Shown: positions 26,136 to 34,036 of the stretch, piece after piece | Position numbering within the stretch: the stretch's first letter is position 1 | Layout: each line of letters opens with the position of its first letter | Sequence record: NC_073061.1 | DNA from: Escherichia phage vB_EcoS-101114BS4 | Strand: one strand, 5' to 3' | DNA length: 45,251 nt | Made by a program: the position numbers and the translations under genes | Notes under the pieces: generated by a model | Databases searched by the model: none | Seen by the model: only the letters and a program-made list of their open reading frames with translations | Told to the model about the DNA's origin: nothing

Positions 26136-27662
26136 ATGGCAGCGGGTACTATCTTATTAACCAATAACAGCCGGTCGGTAACGGGGACCGGTACGACGTT
26201 TTCGGCGTTCAAAGCCGGTGATTTCCTTTCTGTCGTAGTGGGGCAAGTCCCCTACACTATCGCGGTTGAATCTATCGAAAGCAACACCGGGCTTACTTTG
26301 GTGCTGCCGTTTGACGGCCCAACGGCATCCGGCCTCGCATGGGATGGCGTTGCGCGCGATACCATGTCGCTGGCAACGATGGGCGTAACAGTCCAGGCAC
26401 AGAAAGCACTGCGTATGCTTATTGCGGACGAGAACAACTGGCGTGCAATCTTCGGCGACGCTGAAGAAATCACAGTTACGTTACCGAACGGCACAGTGAT
26501 GCAGGGTATGTCGTGGGGCTACCTGTCGCAGCTAATGAAGCAGATCGACCCGGTGGAAATGCTCAACCTGCAACAACAAGCCGCCGCATCTGAGGTCGCA
26601 GCGAAAGGATACCGCGACGAGGCCGAAGGCTTCAAGAACGATACTAATACCATCAAGACGCAAACCAACCAGATTAAGACTGATACGCAGGCGATCCACG
26701 ACGCCACCAATACGATCAAGACGCAAACCGACCAGATTAAGACCGATACGCAGGCCATCAAGGACCAGACCAACCAGATTAAGACTGACACTGGCGTTAT
26801 TCGAGATCAGGCCAACACGGCGAAGACTGACGCACAAGCGGCCCGAGATGCAGCGCAGGGATACCGCGACGAAGCCGAAGGCTTCAAAAACTCAATCGAC
26901 CCCACTAAGTTCATGCAGAAGTCGCAGAACCTGGCGGACGTTGCCGACAAGTACGCCGCGCGCAACATTCTGGGGGTGGGCGATGACAGTATCGTTAAAC
27001 ACGCAACATTACGCCTGAACGGTGGCGAATCATTAACATTCAATGAAGTGGAGGCTAACGGCTTAATTCTATCAAACGCCTCGATGGGAATCGACAATTG
27101 GGTAGGCTTCACCATGCATAAATGGTACGCCGACTGGACACGCGCAGGAATTGTGCGTGCGGGTGACACCCACGTGTCAGACTACCGCATCCACGTGTGG
27201 AAGAATGGGGCTACTGAGGCGCTATTCCGCTTCCTGCCGGACGGGCGTCTGATTCAGGGTAACAGCGGCAACCCATCGTCGGCGGAGTTTCAGAAAGCAC
27301 CGCTATCAGACCGGGACGTGAAGAAAGAAATCCAATACACGGACGGCGCGGAAAGTTACAACCGAGTACGGCAATGGCTACCAGCAATGTTTAAGTATAA
27401 GGAGTCGGACGTACAGCGTTACGGCCTTATCGCGCAGGACCTGGCCATGATTGACCCGGAATATGTGCACTTGCTGCCAGGACACGGAATCTACGAGGAC
27501 GTTGTTGTTGGCGTGGACGAGGAAGGGAACGAGATTGTCGAGCAAAAGGAGATCGGATACACCGACGATGTGCTGTCGCTTGACAGTAACGTGCTGTTGA
27601 TGGATCTATGCGCCGCCTTCGTTCACCTGTTGCAGAAAGTAGAAAAGCTGGAAGGTAAGTAA
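26136..27662 (+). CDS. Lateral tail fibre with C-terminal intramolecular chaperone-like domain
   Basis: 508 aa; shaft repeats (TNTIKTQTNQIKTDTQAI); C-terminal segment with SDRDVKKEIQYTD...YGLIAQDL resembles the autoproteolytic chaperone domain of phage fibres and endosialidases. Confidence 0.65.
   Translation: MAAGTILLTNNSRSVTGTGTTFSAFKAGDFLSVVVGQVPYTIAVESIESNTGLTLVLPFDGPTASGLAWDGVARDTMSLATMGVTVQAQKALRMLIADENNWRAIFGDAEEITVTLPNGTVMQGMSWGYLSQLMKQIDPVEMLNLQQQAAASEVAAKGYRDEAEGFKNDTNTIKTQTNQIKTDTQAIHDATNTIKTQTDQIKTDTQAIKDQTNQIKTDTGVIRDQANTAKTDAQAARDAAQGYRDEAEGFKNSIDPTKFMQKSQNLADVADKYAARNILGVGDDSIVKHATLRLNGGESLTFNEVEANGLILSNASMGIDNWVGFTMHKWYADWTRAGIVRAGDTHVSDYRIHVWKNGATEALFRFLPDGRLIQGNSGNPSSAEFQKAPLSDRDVKKEIQYTDGAESYNRVRQWLPAMFKYKESDVQRYGLIAQDLAMIDPEYVHLLPGHGIYEDVVVGVDEEGNEIVEQKEIGYTDDVLSLDSNVLLMDLCAAFVHLLQKVEKLEGK
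26608..26892 (+). repeat. In-frame tandem repeats inside the fibre gene
   Basis: 63-bp unit (accatcaagacgcaaaccaaccagattaagactgatacgcaggcg...) repeated about 2.6 times, flanked by two copies of ggataccgcgacga(g/a)gccgaaggcttcaa. Confidence 0.8.
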
Positions 27663-27668
27663 TGAGAA

Positions 27669-27690
27669 GGGGCCATACGGCCCCTTTTTT
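27669..27690. terminator. Terminator (bidirectional) between the fibre gene and the end of the leftward operon
   Basis: ggggcc-atac-ggcccc hairpin followed by tttttt. Confidence 0.75.
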
Positions 27691-28264
27691 AGTTTGAGTT
27701 TTCCCAGTCCATTTTGCGCCGTACTAACGGGCTTTCGTAATATTCCTTGCCCTCCACTTCCACCAGAGGCCAGTCGTTGACAATCACGTATGGTTCCGCA
27801 ATATCCTCAATCACGCCGTGTGCGCTATGTTGCCCGAACGATACGCCCACCAGGATAACACCGGCAACCCGACGGGTGAGATACTCGCGAGCGCAACGCG
27901 CCTCTACCAGTCCGCGACGGATGCCGCTGGTGGCTTTGACCTCGTAGGTCCAGACGGCATCAATCATGTGCTCACGGAAGTCGGGGCCGGACTTAACCTT
28001 GCGTTTACCGACCATGATAATATCGCCGCGGTCGATAGTATTGGCGCTAAACAGGCCGGTACGCATAAGCAAGCCTTGCGGGATACAACTACGCCCGCCT
28101 GCCTGCCCTTCAAGGTACATGCCAGCAAACATCTCGCCCAGCACACCGACAAGTCGGCTTTGCTTGCACGCGTCAGACTTTAATCGCCACTGGTCAAACT
28201 CGACGCTCGCCAACATTGCCGCTATGTGGAATTGTTTACCGGTTATTTCGTATTCGCCGTACAT
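27689..28264 (-). CDS. Hypothetical protein, possible PD-(D/E)xK-type nuclease
   Basis: 191 aa; segment GPDF...IDAVWTYEVK is compatible with a PD-(D/E)xK core but is weak evidence. Confidence 0.45.
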   Translation of the reverse strand: MYGEYEITGKQFHIAAMLASVEFDQWRLKSDACKQSRLVGVLGEMFAGMYLEGQAGGRSCIPQGLLMRTGLFSANTIDRGDIIMVGKRKVKSGPDFREHMIDAVWTYEVKATSGIRRGLVEARCAREYLTRRVAGVILVGVSFGQHSAHGVIEDIAEPYVIVNDWPLVEVEGKEYYESPLVRRKMDWENSN

Positions 28265-28306
28265 TGTGAAGCCCTCATTGCTGCGGGCCGAAGCCCGCTA
28301 TTAGAA

Positions 28307-28900
28307 TTATTTAAGTGCGCTAGTCACCAGTGTTTTTTCCATATTGCGGAAGTCTTCCGGCGTCATGAGTATTTTGGACCCATCCTCGCCAGTGAGCACT
28401 ACCATAGGCTGGACTTCTTGATCTGCCACACCGAAATTGGCAGCTTTAACCGTCTTTCCGAACGAGGCCACCGTATCCTCGGCAACGCGCATTGCACTGT
28501 TATACGCATTAATCTCGCCATCCAGGCGCACGGACAGGTCCGAAGGCTTGAACGCGCCGCCGGTCTTGATAGGCCAACCTTTGAGGCTGTCGAATTGCGC
28601 TGCCGTTGTATCGATCTGAATCTCGTCATGCACGGTCATGTAAGACTCGCCCAGCAAAGCGGAATACGCAACCAGATCAACAATATTGTCTTCCTGGTGC
28701 TTACGGTGCTGGCGCACCAGCTTCAGGCAGATCAGGAAGGTCCAGGCTTCTTGCTCGGTAAGGTCGCGACCGGTAAGCGCGTTAAACACGGCAGCGATTT
28801 GCTTCGCGCTGCGTTCTTCTTTCGCGTTGTCATAGCCGTTTTCTTTCCCGCGCTGTTCCATAGTGGTGGCGGCGTTCTTGCAGTATTCAAATGCTTTCAT
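28307..28900 (-). CDS. Hypothetical phage protein
   Basis: 197 aa with AAGGAAA RBS; the N-terminal 85 aa resemble a widespread phage family of unknown function (not verified). Confidence 0.55.
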   Translation of the reverse strand: MKAFEYCKNAATTMEQRGKENGYDNAKEERSAKQIAAVFNALTGRDLTEQEAWTFLICLKLVRQHRKHQEDNIVDLVAYSALLGESYMTVHDEIQIDTTAAQFDSLKGWPIKTGGAFKPSDLSVRLDGEINAYNSAMRVAEDTVASFGKTVKAANFGVADQEVQPMVVLTGEDGSKILMTPEDFRNMEKTLVTSALK

Positions 28901-28950
28901 GATGTTTTCCTTTTAGTGGGGGCCGGATTGCCCCGACGCGTTAACTATAG

Positions 28951-28972
28951 TGCAACCAACCTATTGGTTGCA
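28951..28972. promoter_or_regulatory. Perfect palindrome TGCAACCAA-CCTA-TTGGTTGCA (candidate operator)
   Basis: 9-bp inverted arms with a 4-bp spacer, overlapping the stop codon of the HAD gene and 50 bp upstream of the next start. Confidence 0.6.
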
Positions 28973-29431
28973 AGTAAATTTTGCTACGTTTATAGAATAA
29001 ATTTTCGGGACCAGATCGCCGCACGCGCGACGGATGGCTTCGATATTCTTCGGGCAGTCTTCAATGATGACCAGTTCGGACACGTCCGCATAGCACACCA
29101 TTTTGAACACCGCGCACGCCTTAAACTCTGGCGGCGGGGTGTCATCCAGCATGTGGCGCATAAACAACCGGCCCACCGGGAAGATCTCCAGTTGCTCGGC
29201 GGTGGTGTCCCAACATTCGCGCTGCCGGTTTGTCAGATACGCGATCTCGAAGCCTTGCTCTTTGTACATGCGCAACAGCGGCAGCATATCCATGTTAAGG
29301 TCTTCGCGTACGTGTGCTTTGTGCCACTTCGCCCAAAAGGTTGATTTGGTTTTTATGCCGGGCACCAGGTCAGCACGCGCATCACTTGAACCATTAATAA
29401 CGCCATCCAGATCACAAATCAGTAGTTTCAT
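28961..29431 (-). CDS. HAD-superfamily phosphatase, 5'(3')-deoxyribonucleotidase-like
   Basis: N-terminal HAD motif I LICDLDGVI; 156 aa. Confidence 0.55.
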   Translation of the reverse strand: MKLLICDLDGVINGSSDARADLVPGIKTKSTFWAKWHKAHVREDLNMDMLPLLRMYKEQGFEIAYLTNRQRECWDTTAEQLEIFPVGRLFMRHMLDDTPPPEFKACAVFKMVCYADVSELVIIEDCPKNIEAIRRACGDLVPKIYSINVAKFTCNQ

Positions 29432-29652
29432 TTTAAGCTCTCAATAAGGGTGTGTCGGGCGCTTCGCGCAGTAAAGGAGTTGCATACGAAGTGGCAACGT
29501 TTGGTTATGACAAGCCAACCGGTAAGGTCCAGGCCCATGATGGATTCGGGTCGGGATACACGCATCACGCGGTCGCGGCGCGGGTCAATGGAGAAGTCCC
29601 GTTGCATTTGGTCCACTACCGCGGGGTCGCGGTCAACGACTAAGATATTCAT
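29428..29652 (-). CDS. Hypothetical protein
   Basis: 74-aa ORF with GAGAGAG RBS, translationally coupled (ATGA overlap) to the downstream gene. Confidence 0.5.
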   Translation of the reverse strand: MNILVVDRDPAVVDQMQRDFSIDPRRDRVMRVSRPESIMGLDLTGWLVITKRCHFVCNSFTARSARHTLIESLK

Positions 29653-30118
29653 GTAGTTCTCTCTCGCTCATTATTTCAATTTGTGCGCTGCCGTTTGGCG
29701 GCGCTTCATCAAATATTATCAATTGCTGGCACTTGTTATTGCTCGGCCCAACTTCGCCGGTCACAGCATGGATGAATCGCACACGCCAGTCCAGAAGAAT
29801 TATCATATTGGCAGTCTTCCGGGCCAGCTTCGCCCACTTCGTTGACGTGTCCTGATTCAGTAGCATGACAGTACGGCGTCCGTGCGCAGCGCACTCGACC
29901 CACGGCAGCGGATCGGAGTACGGCGGATTGCACCACTTCCACCCTTTCAACTCTGACCAGTCCGCCTCAAGCGCGCTATGCTCCGCCGTGAAGTAGCGCG
30001 GTAGCAGGTGATTGGTGTCGCTTGCCGCCATATCGTAACGGAATCGGTATTTCTTACGAAGCGGTTTAAATAAAGCTGGCGGCGTACGCCAGCTATCTTT
30101 TTGCTCACTCTTCGTCAT
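29633..30118 (-). CDS. DNA N6-adenine methyltransferase, phage Dam-like
   Basis: WCNPPYS (motif IV N-PP-Y) and upstream WRTPPALFKPL, about 160 aa, consistent with the short phage Dam family; start chosen at the ATG at 30118. Confidence 0.6.
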   Translation of the reverse strand: MTKSEQKDSWRTPPALFKPLRKKYRFRYDMAASDTNHLLPRYFTAEHSALEADWSELKGWKWCNPPYSDPLPWVECAAHGRRTVMLLNQDTSTKWAKLARKTANMIILLDWRVRFIHAVTGEVGPSNNKCQQLIIFDEAPPNGSAQIEIMSERELHEYLSR

Positions 30119-30569
30119 TCTGCGGGTCCAGTGCGTATAGGGCAATCTTTTCGTATTTGCCGACTATGCGATGCACGCGCTTTGCGTCCTCTTCACTACG
30201 TGGGCGCGCATCCGGGTAGTAGCTACCCGTCTGAGTATTGTGCCACGCCACAAGCACCAAATCTTTACGATCAACCTTAGACTGTCTACCTTTAGGTCGC
30301 ACGTACTCCTCCGCACGTTTGCAATGTTCCCGCAGCCCTTCGGCAGTGATGCGGTTTAGCGCAACGCTGGTTGTGTATCCGGTGCGCTGCATAATCCCCA
30401 TCAATTCGAAAAGCAGTTCGAAGCGTTCCTCTAACTCCCGGCGCACTTTCTTCTCTCCTTCATATAGCGCCTGGTTGGTGTCCGCCAGCGCGTTCGCGCG
30501 TTCGGCCTGTTCACGGGCTTCGAGGCATTGCGCGGCCCAGTATGCTTTTTCTTCTTGTAAAATTTTCAT
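30105..30569 (-). CDS. Hypothetical coiled-coil protein
   Basis: ATG at 30569 (MKILQEEKAYWAAQ...) with GGAG RBS; the GTG at 30611 lies inside the terminator hairpin and is rejected. Confidence 0.55.
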   Translation of the reverse strand: MKILQEEKAYWAAQCLEAREQAERANALADTNQALYEGEKKVRRELEERFELLFELMGIMQRTGYTTSVALNRITAEGLREHCKRAEEYVRPKGRQSKVDRKDLVLVAWHNTQTGSYYPDARPRSEEDAKRVHRIVGKYEKIALYALDPQNDEE

Positions 30570-30588
30570 CGTGTTGTCTCCAGGTATT

Positions 30589-30613
30589 AAAAAGGGCGTC
30601 CAACCGGACACCC
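30589..30613 (-). terminator. Internal intrinsic terminator in the leftward operon
   Basis: On the minus strand: gggugucc-gguu-ggacgccc hairpin (one G-U pair) followed by uuuuu. Confidence 0.55.
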
Positions 30614-30623
30614 TTAAGATAAT

Positions 30624-30648
30624 GCAACCAATCTAATTACGCAACCAA
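30624..30648. promoter_or_regulatory. Pair of direct GCAACCAAT motifs
   Basis: GCAACCAA at 30624 and 30641 (17-bp spacing) between the stop of gene 30650..30973 and the internal terminator. Confidence 0.5.
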
Positions 30649-30649
30649 T

Positions 30650-30973
30650 TTATTCATAAAAATTCGGGTCGCGCGCTACATCTACCAGATAAAGGTTGCT
30701 CATTCGGTTGCCGTAGTGCCCTGGCGTGCGCTGGCGACACACAACTGCGAAGCCTGGAGGGATTGTATTGCCGGTTTCGATAATCCACGCCACGCGCGCG
30801 CCAGACAGCTTCTTGCCGTTGCATTCGATACGCGTACCGCCATCGGCAGTGTTAAGGTTGCCAATCTTGCAGCCGGTGGACTTCAGACGGATGACGCCGG
30901 TCTTACTGTCGTAGGTGAATAGTTGGTTAGTCATTGCGACCGAAAAATCGATGGCTTCGAATGTAGTGTTCAT
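30650..30973 (-). CDS. Hypothetical protein
   Basis: 107-aa ORF with GAGGA RBS; a C-terminal H..N..N pattern is too weak to call an HNH nuclease. Confidence 0.5.
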   Translation of the reverse strand: MNTTFEAIDFSVAMTNQLFTYDSKTGVIRLKSTGCKIGNLNTADGGTRIECNGKKLSGARVAWIIETGNTIPPGFAVVCRQRTPGHYGNRMSNLYLVDVARDPNFYE

Positions 30974-31665
30974 TTTAAATTTTCCTCATTGACTGCTATT
31001 GCGAAGCCGCGCGGAGTGAGCGACCGGATTAATTTGGTGCGGGCAGATTTGCCACCGAGGCGACTATACTGCTTCGAGTACCCTTTTTCAACGAATACCG
31101 GCTTTTTCTCCGGCATACGAAAGCCATTGCCAGTCCATAAACAGGTCAGCTTTGGGTATGAATCGCGGTCGTTGATGTATTCCGGGAACAACGGATGTAC
31201 GTCATCCTCCGGCAGATAGCCGCCATATTCCCACGGATCAAACGAGTGGTCTGGCTTGCGCCACTGGGTGGATAGCACACTGCGCGGATTCTCAATCATA
31301 TATGGCACTTCAAAGAAGTCACCCAGGTAAGCGGCAATCTTCGCGGTGCGCACTGCCTTAAGCTGAAAGGCGGGGTCTTTCGCACGCTTGCACGGGAAAG
31401 CTGGCGCACCGCTCACCGCCAGATCCGTACACGGCGGAAACGCGTAGATAATATCCGGCGTGCCGAAATCGCCATTCATCGCGCGGTCCACGAAGTCCAG
31501 ATCGATAAACTCGTTACGATAGCGGATACCGCGACCATAAATCCGGTAGTCAAGGTAAGACCCGTGATCGGCTTCCGAGTAGTTGAAACAGTAGCATTTA
31601 TGCCCCATCTCGGCAGCGCGCTCTATCATCAAGCCGCTGCCGTCAAATAATGACCAGATAATCAC
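30970..31665 (-). CDS. Compact C5-cytosine methyltransferase-like protein
   Basis: GTG start with AGAAGG RBS; motif I SLFDGSG, motif IV FPPCTD (catalytic Cys), motif VI-like ENP; only 231 aa, leaving little room for a target-recognition domain. Confidence 0.55.
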   Translation of the reverse strand: MIIWSLFDGSGLMIERAAEMGHKCYCFNYSEADHGSYLDYRIYGRGIRYRNEFIDLDFVDRAMNGDFGTPDIIYAFPPCTDLAVSGAPAFPCKRAKDPAFQLKAVRTAKIAAYLGDFFEVPYMIENPRSVLSTQWRKPDHSFDPWEYGGYLPEDDVHPLFPEYINDRDSYPKLTCLWTGNGFRMPEKKPVFVEKGYSKQYSRLGGKSARTKLIRSLTPRGFAIAVNEENLK

Positions 31666-33086
31666 TTGCGCACCTTCTTAGCTTTCATGTATTCCATCAA
31701 GTCGTCCTGGATGTCGCGCTTACCATCGCGGCGGTCCGCCACCAGTTCGTCCAGTGTCCCGCGTGCCTGGATAATATAGACGAATACCGGTCGAGGGTGC
31801 CCGGCTTGCATCTGGCGAACTGGCCCGATACGCTCCACGATCTGCGCAAAGTGCTCATAGTTCCACGTATCCGAGAAGATAGCCAGGTGATGACCGCCGT
31901 CCTGCAAGTTAAGGCCGTGACCAGCCGATGCCGGGTGTGCGAACATGATGGGAATCTCGCCCCTGTTCCACGCTTCCATATCCTTATTGCCCTGCTTACC
32001 CTTACCCATCGCAACGCCGTGGGGAAACTTCTTCTTCAGACGTGCCAGGTCGTGCTTGTACTGGTACGCAACGAGCAACGGCGCTCCGTTCAACTCCTCT
32101 ACGATACTTTCCAGCGCGTCCAGCTTGGCGTCGTGAATCTTCTCCCACTCGTCGGTCCGCTCTCCGTCTTCGTCCACCTTATACACGGCACCGGATGCAA
32201 GCTGAAGGCACTTGATGGTCTTAGCCGCAGCGTTCGCCGCTTCCACTGTTCCGCTTTCCAGTTCGGCAAATAGCTCACTCTCAAACTGGTCATAAATCTT
32301 GCGGGCTTTCTTCGGCAGGTCCACGACAACCGGCGTGTAGATTGGCTTGTCACATCCGAAGTATTCAGCCGCGTCCACGGTAAGGGATACATCGGACAGG
32401 CGCTGTTGGATCTCCTTCTCGGAGTTCTTTAGCGGGGCGTGCTGCATAGTGAAGCTGCCTGGCTTAACAGGCTTGCTAATAAACCAGCGATCGGTGAATG
32501 CCTTATAGCTACTGCCGAGTCGTTCGCCACCGTCGACAAACCACGTCTGGCCCCATAGGTCTTTCAGTCCGTTTGGTGCTGGTGTGCCGGTCAGGTTAAT
32601 CCAGCGCCTGACGTGCTTATGTGCGATCGCCGCCAGTGCGCGTGCGCGCTTACTGCCTTGCTTGCTGCGATAGCCTTTCAGCTTAGTGGATTCATCGGCA
32701 ACAACGACCGTAAAAGGCCACTCGTCGCCGCAATACTCGACAAGCCACTCAACAACATCGTAGTTGACACAAACCACGTTAGCGTTGCTCTCAAGCGCCG
32801 CAATGCGGTCCTTCTCTGGCCCGGTGCCGTCTACTACCAGCAGGGCGGGGAATCTCCATTTTTCTTGTTCCGGGGGCCACGTACCGGACGCAACGCGCAG
32901 CGGGGCCAGCACCAGTACGCGGTCCTCCTGGTTGGACAGGATGCCAGTCTGGAACATTTTGTTTAGCGCCCACATAGTCGCGCCGGTTTTACCGGACCCC
33001 ATTGTCGCCCAAATATTGCAGCGCTCATGCTTGAGAATAAACGCGGTTATCAATTTCTGATATTCGCGACGTCGGAATCGTGCCAT
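31662..33086 (-). CDS. SNF2/DEAD-like ATP-dependent helicase
   Basis: Walker A ATMGSGKTG, DExx box VVADESTKL, NLTGTPAPN; 474 aa from the ATG at 33086. Confidence 0.75.
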   Translation of the reverse strand: MARFRRREYQKLITAFILKHERCNIWATMGSGKTGATMWALNKMFQTGILSNQEDRVLVLAPLRVASGTWPPEQEKWRFPALLVVDGTGPEKDRIAALESNANVVCVNYDVVEWLVEYCGDEWPFTVVVADESTKLKGYRSKQGSKRARALAAIAHKHVRRWINLTGTPAPNGLKDLWGQTWFVDGGERLGSSYKAFTDRWFISKPVKPGSFTMQHAPLKNSEKEIQQRLSDVSLTVDAAEYFGCDKPIYTPVVVDLPKKARKIYDQFESELFAELESGTVEAANAAAKTIKCLQLASGAVYKVDEDGERTDEWEKIHDAKLDALESIVEELNGAPLLVAYQYKHDLARLKKKFPHGVAMGKGKQGNKDMEAWNRGEIPIMFAHPASAGHGLNLQDGGHHLAIFSDTWNYEHFAQIVERIGPVRQMQAGHPRPVFVYIIQARGTLDELVADRRDGKRDIQDDLMEYMKAKKVRK

Positions 33087-33090
33087 ATCT

Positions 33091-33309
33091 TTATTCCGCC
33101 TTTTTCCAGACTTCGGTTTCACTGTTCCAATTCCTCTTTGTGGCGTCGTAGTTGGTGGCGTGTCCAATGTGCACACCGGTCGCGCGGAAGCTCTTAAACT
33201 TCTGCCAGCACACTGTCAACGGCAGCGGGTAATTCATGCCTGCGATAAACCATACGCGATCGCCAGGTTTGCACTCGCCCAGCTTGGTGAGTCGGTAATG
33301 TTCTTTCAT
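33091..33309 (-). CDS. Hypothetical protein
   Basis: About 72 aa; start at the third in-frame Met for RBS spacing. Confidence 0.45.
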   Translation of the reverse strand: MKEHYRLTKLGECKPGDRVWFIAGMNYPLPLTVCWQKFKSFRATGVHIGHATNYDATKRNWNSETEVWKKAE

Positions 33310-33351
33310 CGTCATGCCTCCAAAAATGGCGGGACAAGCCCGCCGTATTGA

Positions 33352-33525
33352 TTATTCTTGTTCTGCGCGATAGCGGCGCTGCCGTTCACGTTCTTTCTTA
33401 TTGCGGCACGATTTGCACTCGGCCCGATGCCCGTCTGGACTGCGCGCAGTCTTTCCGGTGTATTTGTGGAACTGGGATAGCGGCTTGATGCAGCCGCAGT
33501 TACTGCAACGTTTTTCTTCAATCAT
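33352..33525 (-). CDS. Zinc-ribbon protein
   Basis: 57 aa with CSNCGC...CKSC (two CxxC pairs); GAGGA RBS. Confidence 0.5.
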   Translation of the reverse strand: MIEEKRCSNCGCIKPLSQFHKYTGKTARSPDGHRAECKSCRNKKERERQRRYRAEQE

Positions 33526-33565
33526 TTCTAAAATCCTCGATAGGGCTAACCGGCACACTATACCG

Positions 33566-33844
33566 CTACGCGACCAATTCAGCAACCAATAAATCGCAGT
33601 CGGCTATGTTGTCAATAACGCGAACGTCAGCACCGCGGCGGGCCATTCGCTCATGTTCTAGCACCTGGTGCGGCTTCGGTTTTCCGCCGGGGCGCTTCAC
33701 TTCGACGAATACTATGATGCCGTTGATGATAATAATCAGGTCGGGCGCACCTGCGCGCCCCTCCCATGCCAGTTTACGGCAGAATCCGCCGACCTCTTTC
33801 ACCCGTCGCATCAGGTGACTTTGTATCTTGCCTTCGGGTGTCAT
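33566..33844 (-). CDS. VRR-NUC domain nuclease
   Basis: APDLIIIINGIIVFVEVKRPGGK carries the PD-(D/E)xK signature in the VRR-NUC arrangement; 92 aa. Confidence 0.7.
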   Translation of the reverse strand: MTPEGKIQSHLMRRVKEVGGFCRKLAWEGRAGAPDLIIIINGIIVFVEVKRPGGKPKPHQVLEHERMARRGADVRVIDNIADCDLLVAELVA

Positions 33845-34032
33845 TTGGTTTGCAACTCCACGTTACGCAGACGGAGGTCTACCGGTATGTCCGATCGCCC
33901 GGTTAGCGCCAGCGCCAGGTTTTCAGGCGTGACAAGTGCCGTGATGGTCTTGCCACGTTCCAGTCTAAGGACGATGCGAATCTCGTCATCGTCCGTCGCG
34001 CCAGCGCGCATTATGCTTAATTCTGCTTTCAT
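33841..34032 (-). CDS. Hypothetical protein
   Basis: 63 aa from the ATG at 34032 (MKAELSIMRAG...) with AGGAAG RBS. Confidence 0.45.
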   Translation of the reverse strand: MKAELSIMRAGATDDDEIRIVLRLERGKTITALVTPENLALALTGRSDIPVDLRLRNVELQTK

Positions 34033-34036
34033 AATC

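Noticed and set aside
28226-29344. 372-aa plus-strand ORF across the leftward accessory genes
   Set aside because: Antisense to three minus-strand genes that have RBSs and coupled starts; no independent support
30650-30973. HNH homing endonuclease call for the 107-aa protein
   Set aside because: Only a loose H..N..N spacing near the C-terminus, without the Cys/His zinc ligands or a clear HNH core; left as hypothetical
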